Positions 18,797 through 26,759 of a stretch of DNA of 64,000 nucleotides are shown here, one piece after another. The first letter of the stretch is position 1. Every line of letters begins with the position of its first letter. The notes beneath the pieces are model-generated. The model was not told the DNA's origin, made no database searches, and saw only the letters and a program-made list of their open reading frames with translations. This DNA comes from a candidate division FCPU426 bacterium (lineage in GTDB: Bacteria; Oederibacteriota; Muellerivitia; Muellerivitales; Muellerivitaceae), in the NCBI GenBank assembly GCA_963719085.1, contig CAVRAL010000004.1, forward strand, positions 480,001-544,000, read 5' to 3'. The translations under genes and the position numbers were made by a program.

Positions 18797-20002
18797 TCAG
18801 GGCGAAGACGCGTACCCATTGGCGTCATCCACCGCCACGAACAATCCGTTCCCATAGGCCACGCAAGACCAGTACTCCGTACTGGGGAGGTTTTGAGCGG
18901 TCCAATTGACGCCGTCGGGCGAATTCGCCGCGGTTGAACTGTTAAACGCGATCGCCACGAACTCCCCATTCCCGTAAGTCACCGAATCCCAGGGCAGTGA
19001 AGCGGGGAGGGTTTGGGAAGTCCAATTGACGCCGTCGGTGGACTCCGCGGCCGTCGAGCTGTCATAAGCAACCGCCGCGAAGACCCCGTTCCCGTAGGCC
19101 ACGGACCACCAGTCCTGCGCGCTGGGCATGGTTTGGGGGGTCCAAGTGACGCCGTCAGGCGAGGTCGCCGCCGTTGTTGAACCAGCGGCGATTGCCACGA
19201 ACTCCCCATTCCCGTAAGTCACCGAATGCCAGCCCTGTGAAACGGGGAGGCTTTGGGCGGTCCAAGTGATACCGTCCGGTGACGTCATGGCTTGATTGCC
19301 CGCGGAAGGGATCACCACAAATACTCCATTGCCGAAGGCCATGGACAGGGAGGAGCCGGGGAGGGTTTGGCCGGTCCAGGTACTGCCATCGGGTGAGGTC
19401 GCGTCCTCATAGTGATCTTGAGTGATCGCCACATAGACCCCATTCCCATAGGCGGCGGAAACCCAGGTCGCTGAGGTGGGCAGATTTTCAATGTTCCAGT
19501 AGGGTCCATTCTGAATCAGGAGCTGATCGCCATTTTGGGGAAGCACCAAAAGGGTGTTGTTGGCGTAGGCCACCGTTATCCACCCCAATATGTACATGGG
19601 GGGGAAGCGCTGAGCGGACCAGGACGACCCCGGCACGGGGGTCGTGGTCGGCGTATCCGTCGGAGTGAAGATGTCGGTCGGAGAATCGGTGATCGTCGGT
19701 GTCTGGCTGGGACTGTCGGTAAAGCTAGGCGTGGGGGTAACCGAAGGGGTGCCGGTCGAAGTCGGTGAAATGGTGGTCGAAGGCGTGATGGTGATCGTGG
19801 AGGTGGCGGTTTTGGTAGAGGTCGGTGTGGCTAAAACCGTGGGCGTGCCCGAAACGGTGCTGGAAGGGGTGGTATCGGGCGTAACCGAAGGGGTAGAGGT
19901 GATGGAGCCCTTGGGTTCGAAGGGCTGCTGCTTGGAACTGCAGGCTGTAAATAAAGAAGCGGTGAAGACCAGGAGCGCCAAAATAAAGACCGCGAGGTTC
20001 AT
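18797..20002 (-). CDS. Lipoprotein with Thr/Pro linker and ~40-aa beta-propeller-like repeats
   Basis: Lipobox-like FTAC, TP-rich stalk, repeated W.SV.YGNG.FVA...SPDG.TW. Confidence 0.8.
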   Translation of the reverse strand: MNLAVFILALLVFTASLFTACSSKQQPFEPKGSITSTPSVTPDTTPSSTVSGTPTVLATPTSTKTATSTITITPSTTISPTSTGTPSVTPTPSFTDSPSQTPTITDSPTDIFTPTDTPTTTPVPGSSWSAQRFPPMYILGWITVAYANNTLLVLPQNGDQLLIQNGPYWNIENLPTSATWVSAAYGNGVYVAITQDHYEDATSPDGSTWTGQTLPGSSLSMAFGNGVFVVIPSAGNQAMTSPDGITWTAQSLPVSQGWHSVTYGNGEFVAIAAGSTTAATSPDGVTWTPQTMPSAQDWWSVAYGNGVFAAVAYDSSTAAESTDGVNWTSQTLPASLPWDSVTYGNGEFVAIAFNSSTAANSPDGVNWTAQNLPSTEYWSCVAYGNGLFVAVDDANGYASSP

Positions 20003-20430
20003 GGAATTTTTCAGGAATTTCTCTCTTGAACTAAATTGGGTCGAACCTTCTGTGACGGGAGGATAACAGGTTTAAGGCACTATTCTTATTGGCAAATCAA
20101 CCCTTTGGCGTGGTTCAGGCGGTAATACCATCGAATAACAGATGGTATGGGGCGGGCCTATCCTGTAATAAAACAGAAGGGTCTAGTTTTCATTTTACCC
20201 GGCTAAAAGTTGGGACTCGTCAAGGCGGCCGGTTTATTCCCCGATTCAAACATTAGCCCGAAAAAGGATCCGCTCCATTTTCGCTACCCACAAAAACCGA
20301 CCAATTTCTGACCGGTTTTTTCACCTTGCTTATCCTTTTTTCGTTTCCATTCCTTTTTTGATAAAATCATCCCAGCCGCTCCAAACGCGGGTCCATCGGA
20401 ACAGACCCGTTTTTTCCCCAGGAGAAACTC

Positions 20431-22866
20431 GTGTCCGACTTGGTTCCCGAACCGGACTTCCAAACCATCTTCGATTCCCTGCCCGGAATCTATCTTGTCC
20501 TCAAGCCCGACTTCACCATGGTGGCCGCCAACGAGGCGCGCCTGAAAGCCACCATGACCACGCGGGAAGGCTCCTTGGGCAAAAACCTCTTTGACCTTTT
20601 TCCCGACAATCCGGACGACCCCGCCGCCACGGGCGTGGCGAACCTGAAGGCCTCCCTCCAACGGGTGCTTCAAACCAAACAAGCCGACACCATGGCGGTC
20701 CAGAAATACGACATCCCGAAGGAACGGGGCGGCTTCGAGGCGCGCTACTGGAGCCCCATGAACTCGCCCGTGCTGGACGAAAAAGGCGAGGTGGCCTACA
20801 TCGTCCACCGGGTCGTGGATGTCACCGACTTCATCCGTCTTAAGCAAGAGGGCGCGGAACAATCCAAGCTCACCGAGGAACTCAAGGCCCAGGTCCAAAA
20901 AACCGAGACCGAGATTTATCTGCGGGCCCAGGAGATTCAAGAGGCCAACCAAAAGCTACTGGAGCTGGACCGGCTCAAGACCGATTTCTTCGCCAATGTC
21001 AGCCATGAGCTCCGCACCCCCTTGACCCTGATCCTGGCCCCCCTGGAAGCGCTCCTGTCGGACAAGGCCCTTTCGGAAAACCCTCCCGCCTTGGGCATGG
21101 TCCAGACCGTCCATAACAACGCGGTGCGTCTGCTTCAAATGATCAACGGCCTGCTGGACTTCTCCAAGGTTTCCGCCGGCAAGACCGAGGTTCACCGGGA
21201 AGCGGTTAATATCCTGGACCTGACCCGTTCGCTCTTCTGGGATTTTAGGCCCGTGATGGACCAGAAAAAAATCCAGGCGGATATTTCGGCCGACGCGCCC
21301 AAGCCCTTCGTGGAAATGGACCGCTATCTCTATGAGCGGATCCTTTTCAACCTGCTTTCCAACGCGGTGAAATTCACGCCTGCCGGGGGCAAGGTCACTT
21401 TGCGCCTGGAAGCGGGGGATGGAAAACTTACCCTTTCGGTTTCGGACACCGGTATCGGCATCTCGGCGAAGGACCAGGAGCGACTCTTCCAAAAATTCCA
21501 TCAGGTGGAAGGATCGGCCACCCGCCGCTTCGAGGGCACCGGCTTGGGGCTGGCCCTGGTAAAAGAATTCGGCCAACTGCTCGGCGGCGACATCCGGTTA
21601 AGCAGTGAGCCGGGCAAAGGCAGTACCTTCACCTTGACCTGCCAAGCCCCCGAAGCCAAGACGCCCCTCGAACTGCTGGAGGATTCGGCCCCGGCGCGGC
21701 GTCCACCGGCGGCGGCTGTCCCGGCGGGGCTTACCCCAATCGCTAAGACCAATGACGAAAATACCGACCTTCCCAAAATACTGGTGGCCGAGGACAATCC
21801 GGAACTTCGCGCCTTCATCGCGGCGTTGCTTTCGCCTTTCTGCCGGGTCAAAACCGCCGATGACGGCGTCGAGGCCCTGGACTTGGCCCGCCGCTGGAAA
21901 CCCGACCTGGTCCTGTCCGACGTCATGATGCCGGGCATGAGCGGGTTCCAACTGGTCCAAGAGATGAAAAAAAACCGGGAGACTTCGTCCATTCCTTTGG
22001 TGCTCCTGACCGCCATGACCAGCCGGGAATCCATGATGAAGGGTTGGGAGGCCGGCGCCGACGACTATCTTTTCAAACCCTTCCACCCTAAGGAATTGGA
22101 AGCCCGGGTGAAATCCATCCTGTCGGGGCTCGAGTGGCGGCGCAAGAGCGAGGCCTACCGCCGGCAAAGGGACGCCCTGGAGCATTTCACCCACATCGCT
22201 TCCCACGACCTGCGGGAACCCCTGCGCAAAATCGTCACCTTCGTGGAGCTTTTCCAGGGTTCGCAAAAGGACCTGGATCAGGAATCGGAAAATTATCTTC
22301 GGGCCATCTCAGGCGCGGCCATGCGCATGTCCCGGCTCTTGGATTCGCTTATTGAGTATTCCCGCTCCGGGCAGGAAGGGGGCGCTTTCACAAAAAGCCC
22401 GCTGGATAAGATCCTGGTCCAGGTCCTGGCGGGGCTGGAGGGGGACATCCAGGCGGCCAAGGCTGAAATCACCGCGGACCCCTTGCCCGAATTGGAAGTC
22501 CATCCTTCCCAGATCGCGTCGGTTTTCAACAACCTCATCGGCAACGCGCTCAAGTACCGCCGGGAAGACCGCCCGCCCCAAATCAAAATTGAGGCTAAGA
22601 GGCTGGAGTTTGAGTGGCTTTTTACGGTAACCGACAATGGAATCGGTTTTGAGCCAAATCAAAGCGACAAAATTTTCCTGATGTTTGAGCGCCTGCACGG
22701 CCTGGGCAAATACCCGGGTGAGGGTATGGGGCTTGCGATTTGCCGCCGCATTATTGAATTCTATGGGGGCCGTATTTGGGCCGACTCAAAACCCGGACAA
22801 GGTTCCACCTTTTCATTCACCCTCCTGGCGGAGCGGGAAAAGGCCGGGTCCTCTAAAAAAGATTGA
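20431..22866 (+). CDS. Hybrid histidine kinase PAS-HK-REC-HK
   Basis: Two H-boxes (SHELRTP, SHDLREP), two HATPase domains, central REC. Confidence 0.93.
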   Translation: MSDLVPEPDFQTIFDSLPGIYLVLKPDFTMVAANEARLKATMTTREGSLGKNLFDLFPDNPDDPAATGVANLKASLQRVLQTKQADTMAVQKYDIPKERGGFEARYWSPMNSPVLDEKGEVAYIVHRVVDVTDFIRLKQEGAEQSKLTEELKAQVQKTETEIYLRAQEIQEANQKLLELDRLKTDFFANVSHELRTPLTLILAPLEALLSDKALSENPPALGMVQTVHNNAVRLLQMINGLLDFSKVSAGKTEVHREAVNILDLTRSLFWDFRPVMDQKKIQADISADAPKPFVEMDRYLYERILFNLLSNAVKFTPAGGKVTLRLEAGDGKLTLSVSDTGIGISAKDQERLFQKFHQVEGSATRRFEGTGLGLALVKEFGQLLGGDIRLSSEPGKGSTFTLTCQAPEAKTPLELLEDSAPARRPPAAAVPAGLTPIAKTNDENTDLPKILVAEDNPELRAFIAALLSPFCRVKTADDGVEALDLARRWKPDLVLSDVMMPGMSGFQLVQEMKKNRETSSIPLVLLTAMTSRESMMKGWEAGADDYLFKPFHPKELEARVKSILSGLEWRRKSEAYRRQRDALEHFTHIASHDLREPLRKIVTFVELFQGSQKDLDQESENYLRAISGAAMRMSRLLDSLIEYSRSGQEGGAFTKSPLDKILVQVLAGLEGDIQAAKAEITADPLPELEVHPSQIASVFNNLIGNALKYRREDRPPQIKIEAKRLEFEWLFTVTDNGIGFEPNQSDKIFLMFERLHGLGKYPGEGMGLAICRRIIEFYGGRIWADSKPGQGSTFSFTLLAEREKAGSSKKD

Positions 22867-22902
22867 GAGCCGAAAAAAAGCCGTCTTAACTACATTCGGA
22901 GG

Positions 22903-23367
22903 ATGGTTATGGAAACTCTTTTAAAACATTGTTCCATTTTGGTGACGGATGACGACGCGGATGACCGGCTCTTGATCAAGCGGGCCATGACTGAAGGCGG
23001 GCTGAACGCCGACCTTCATTTCATGGAAGACGGCCAGGCGCTGGTCGACAGCCTGGAGGACCACTTGAAGTCGGTTCAAGGCCAAGCCAACCCCGCCATG
23101 CCTTGCCTTATTTTGCTGGACCTCAACATGCCCCGACTCGACGGCCGCTCGGCCCTCAAGCTGGTCAAGGCCCATTCGGTTTTGAAAGAAATCCCGGTGG
23201 TAGTGCTTTCCAGCTCCAAAAACCCGGACGACATCGCCGGTAGTTACAAGGACGGGGCCAATTCTTTCTTTACCAAACCCATGGACTACCGGGGGCTGGT
23301 GCAATTGATGGAACTCTTGAAGGCCTATTGGTTTCAAACCGCGAAATTGCCTTTTGAAAGGGCTTAA
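22903..23367 (+). CDS. Single-domain response regulator
   Basis: DDD, LLDLNMP and TKP motifs. Confidence 0.93.
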   Translation: MVMETLLKHCSILVTDDDADDRLLIKRAMTEGGLNADLHFMEDGQALVDSLEDHLKSVQGQANPAMPCLILLDLNMPRLDGRSALKLVKAHSVLKEIPVVVLSSSKNPDDIAGSYKDGANSFFTKPMDYRGLVQLMELLKAYWFQTAKLPFERA

Positions 23368-23565
23368 GGGACACCCGTGGGGTCCGGCCGAAAGAAAGCC
23401 GATTCCCATGGGATTTTGGCCAAAAATTTAATGCATAGGCTCAACCCGCCATCTTCGAAAAACATGCTTTAAAACTGTCGATTATACGTCATTAACTCTT
23501 GACGATTTTTAAACGTGGTATAATTGAAAACATATCGCTTTAATCATTTATTAATTGAAGGCTCT

Positions 23566-24135
23566 ATGAAAAAACAAACGGTTTACGCTTTTTTAGGTCT
23601 CTTATTCCTGGTGTCCTTACCGCTGGCCTGCCAAAGGCCTTGGCCGGTGATGCCGAATCCCGGCCCTGCCCCAACCATTACCCCCACCATTAACCTGACC
23701 CCGGTTTGCGGTTTCACCCAGATTAGCTTGGGGATGCACGCCTTAAATGCCGGCCCTTCGGTTATCCGAAGCCTGGCTGATTGGAATACTTTTTGTAGCT
23801 ACGGTTCGGGAACTCTGACGTTAACTCCTGTACCGACCCCCACTTCCTACCCGGCGCCCCCAGTGGACTTCTCTAGTCAAATGCTGATACTTTTCGAGCG
23901 TGCCATGTGTGACTTTTCCACCTATGACTTTATCAGCGTTTGTGAAGGTCCGACCCAAATTACCGTCACCGGAAATATCATCGACGCTTGCTTTACCTGC
24001 AACGCGGGTTCTTCCTGGGCAAACTACACCGCGTTGGTGGTTCCCCAATCCAGCCTGCCCGTGGTGGATAACTTCACCAATATTCCTTGCTCACCCAGCT
24101 ATTGGTATACGGCGACTCCAACCCCGACGCCTTAG
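23566..24135 (+). CDS. Lipoprotein, possibly PrcB-like
   Basis: LPLAC lipobox, PPVDFSSQMLI segment, Cys pairs. Confidence 0.55.
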   Translation: MKKQTVYAFLGLLFLVSLPLACQRPWPVMPNPGPAPTITPTINLTPVCGFTQISLGMHALNAGPSVIRSLADWNTFCSYGSGTLTLTPVPTPTSYPAPPVDFSSQMLILFERAMCDFSTYDFISVCEGPTQITVTGNIIDACFTCNAGSSWANYTALVVPQSSLPVVDNFTNIPCSPSYWYTATPTPTP

Positions 24136-24156
24136 CGGAAAATAAAAAAACACCTG

Positions 24157-24930
24157 TTATTTCCCTATCCGAAGCGATGTCTGGATCATCTGGTTACGGC
24201 CCTTTTCCTTCGCGTCATAAAGCGCCCGGTCCGACAAGGCGATCAACTGCCGGTAATTAAATCCTTCTCTCTCATAGCTGGTCACCGCGCCCAGGCTGAC
24301 CCTCAATTGGACGGGCTTGTCGCAAGGGTTCAGCACGCAGCGTTCGGTTTCCCGGCGGATGCGCTCCCCCACCTCGCGGACCTCCTCTTGGTCGCAATTG
24401 GGCAGAACCACCAAAAATTCCTCGCCGCCGTAACGGGCGGCCAAGTCCCCGACCCGAATACAGTTTTTGATCACCCGGGCGAAGCATTCCAACACGTGAT
24501 CCCCATAAGGATGCCCGCAATCGTCGTTGATCTTTTTGAAATGATCCAGATCCATCATCAGACAGGAAATCGGCAAACCGTTTTCCCGGTGTTTGCTGAA
24601 TTCGTGGCGGAATTTCTCGTGTAAAAAACGGTGATTGCCCAAGCCGGTGAGGGGATCGGTTAGGACCTCGTGGCTCAATCTTTTATTTTTTCGGGTGAGG
24701 ATGTCGGTCCGGCGGCCCAAAAAATAACCGAAGATGGGGAAAAACAACCCCGACACGACAAGGCTGATCACGAAAATATGTAAGTGATTCTTCAGTTCCC
24801 CCTCAATATAGCCGGTTATTTCCTGGGCGGCATGGGGCGAGCACCAAAGCAAAAACAGACTGCTGAAGGGAGACCAAAGCGTTAAGAGTAAACCGATAAG
24901 GGTATAAAGCCAAATTTTTTTCACGCGCAT
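24157..24930 (-). CDS. Membrane-bound diguanylate cyclase (GGDEF)
   Basis: Two TM helices, DPLTGLGN, DLDHFKKIND, RYGGEEF. Confidence 0.93.
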   Translation of the reverse strand: MRVKKIWLYTLIGLLLTLWSPFSSLFLLWCSPHAAQEITGYIEGELKNHLHIFVISLVVSGLFFPIFGYFLGRRTDILTRKNKRLSHEVLTDPLTGLGNHRFLHEKFRHEFSKHRENGLPISCLMMDLDHFKKINDDCGHPYGDHVLECFARVIKNCIRVGDLAARYGGEEFLVVLPNCDQEEVREVGERIRRETERCVLNPCDKPVQLRVSLGAVTSYEREGFNYRQLIALSDRALYDAKEKGRNQMIQTSLRIGK

Positions 24931-25086
24931 GTTTATAGTGTAGGCATAGCCGCCGGAAATAGAAATGAGCGGCGTGAAATCGCGCGAGAAATAAAATTTT
25001 TCCCAAAATGATAGGAACTTTTATCATTTTGAAATTGCCGGACTATTAAAAATAAGATTCTTGTTCGAACACCTCATGCCCGCGCG

Positions 25087-25102
25087 AGGCACGTTCCTTG
25101 CT
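25087..25102 (+). promoter_or_regulatory. Sigma54 -24/-12 promoter
   Basis: AGGCACGTTCCTTGCT, GG-N10-GC. Confidence 0.65.
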
Positions 25103-25148
25103 CTTATCACCCTCGACAAACCAATCTTTCATTCAAGGAAAAACAAAA

Positions 25149-25268
25149 ATGGCGAAAAGAACCCGAGGCGCGAGGATGGTGGCGGCGAAAAAGAGGGCGG
25201 CGAAACGGCATGGCGGCAAGGGTCCGATTAAGAAAAGAGCCGTCGGCCGCCACATCATGAAGACCTAG
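25149..25268 (+). CDS. 39-aa highly basic small protein
   Basis: MAKRTRGARMVAAKKRAAKRHGGKGPIKKRAVGRHIMKT; AAGGA RBS; below the ORF-track size cutoff. Confidence 0.6.
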   Translation: MAKRTRGARMVAAKKRAAKRHGGKGPIKKRAVGRHIMKT

Positions 25269-25320
25269 AGAACAGCCATGGCATAAGAAAAAGGTTGGCG
25301 GTTTCGGAAGTCACGTCCGT

Positions 25321-26598
25321 CTAATTGTCCCAATCGAATACATTTTCGATTTTTTGTCTGTCTCGGTAACCAAGACGCGGAAGAATTTTTCGAAGTGCCT
25401 CCTTGTCCTTTTTTAAAATTCGATAGGATGGATAAACACGGGGAAGTTCTCCGCCCGGGCCAACTGTTCCAACTCCGTGCCCCATTCCCGTAGGCTCCAC
25501 CAAACCCTCTTTGATTAGCGCTTCAACATTTTCGATGTGTTGAAAATGACCGTCCAAAACCGTCAGCTTCGCCCCTTCAATCATTCTCATTATTTCTTTC
25601 GATGCGTTGATTGGAGTGAGCTTGACATTGGGATGTTCGCTTTTATAAACACGGAAAATTTCATCGGCGAAAGCTGGGCCGATACTTTGAATTCCCTCAA
25701 AATCTAACATTGCTTTTCTAAATTCTTCGACACGAGCCATCAATCGTTTGGCTTGTGACCGCGAGAGTAACGATTCACCCTCGTATTGTACCAGCTTGAC
25801 CGAAACAACCGTTTTATCGAATAGAAAATTGCCGTCCGTTGGATCCGCGAACTCATCAAAGACACCCGTCAGCCTTTTTTTAGACTGAATTTCCATCGAC
25901 ATATAAACTTCCGTCCCGTTTACTTTCTTTTTAGAGTCATATAAAAAATCATCCAGTCCATCCGAACGATGGCTAAAAACCAATCCATAGGATTGAATGA
26001 AAAAATCGTCGAACGCCCTCGACGAAAAGAAGATGCCTTGACCAGAATGCTTTTCCGGATCAGTCGTGAGCTTGCCCTTGGAAAGCTCAAGAATAGCTTG
26101 GCGTTCGTCCGAAAGATTTTTGGCTTCTTTGATTTTTCTAAAAATGCCGATACCATCGTCAACAATTATGATTGAAATTTCTTTTAAAGACCGACTCATC
26201 ACTATTCTCAAAATTTTTCCACCGGAATGGTCGATGGCGTTATTGACAATTTCCGTGAACCCGTATTCGCATATTTTAACGACATTTTCCTTTAGTCCCT
26301 CGCATAGCCCCTTAAAGTCCCGCGACCAAATCTCCGATTCTTGCAGCGGCCCGCCGAGGTCATAACTTTTCTCAATTAATCGTGATACACCAGGCTTATA
26401 GACCCGGTCTTTAGTCGCCCCTTCGGCTGTTATTTGTCCGTCTTGGACCATCTGTGTTAAATAACGAGTGGCCGCCTGCCGGGAGATTTTGAATTGCTCG
26501 ACAATGGCCGCGGTAAGGCCCTTGGGATCTTTTTGAACTTTGTCCAAAATGAAGCGTCGAATTTCATCGCTTCTTTTTAGGATTTCTTCCCGCCTCAT
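25321..26598 (-). CDS. HTH-HATPase-STAS-like (DUF4325) protein
   Basis: N-terminal HTH, EIVNNAIDHS, DDGIGI, HSGQGIFFS, SRSQAKRL...FADEIFRV. Confidence 0.82.
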   Translation of the reverse strand: MRREEILKRSDEIRRFILDKVQKDPKGLTAAIVEQFKISRQAATRYLTQMVQDGQITAEGATKDRVYKPGVSRLIEKSYDLGGPLQESEIWSRDFKGLCEGLKENVVKICEYGFTEIVNNAIDHSGGKILRIVMSRSLKEISIIIVDDGIGIFRKIKEAKNLSDERQAILELSKGKLTTDPEKHSGQGIFFSSRAFDDFFIQSYGLVFSHRSDGLDDFLYDSKKKVNGTEVYMSMEIQSKKRLTGVFDEFADPTDGNFLFDKTVVSVKLVQYEGESLLSRSQAKRLMARVEEFRKAMLDFEGIQSIGPAFADEIFRVYKSEHPNVKLTPINASKEIMRMIEGAKLTVLDGHFQHIENVEALIKEGLVEPTGMGHGVGTVGPGGELPRVYPSYRILKKDKEALRKILPRLGYRDRQKIENVFDWDN

Positions 26599-26618
26599 GA
26601 CTTGGCTCCAATTGTTTT

Positions 26619-26688
26619 TGTAAACTTATCAGAATTAATTGTAAACTAAATAAGATTAAATGTAAACTTACTTATAGAGATTGTAAAC
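26619..26688. repeat. Four TGTAAAC direct repeats at exact 21-bp period
   Basis: Copies start at 26619, 26640, 26661 and 26682. Confidence 0.85.
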
Positions 26689-26759
26689 AACAGCACTTAG
26701 ATCTTAAAAGAACCTTTTAAGGGAAATATGGCCTATTTGAAATACATTTACTTCAGATA

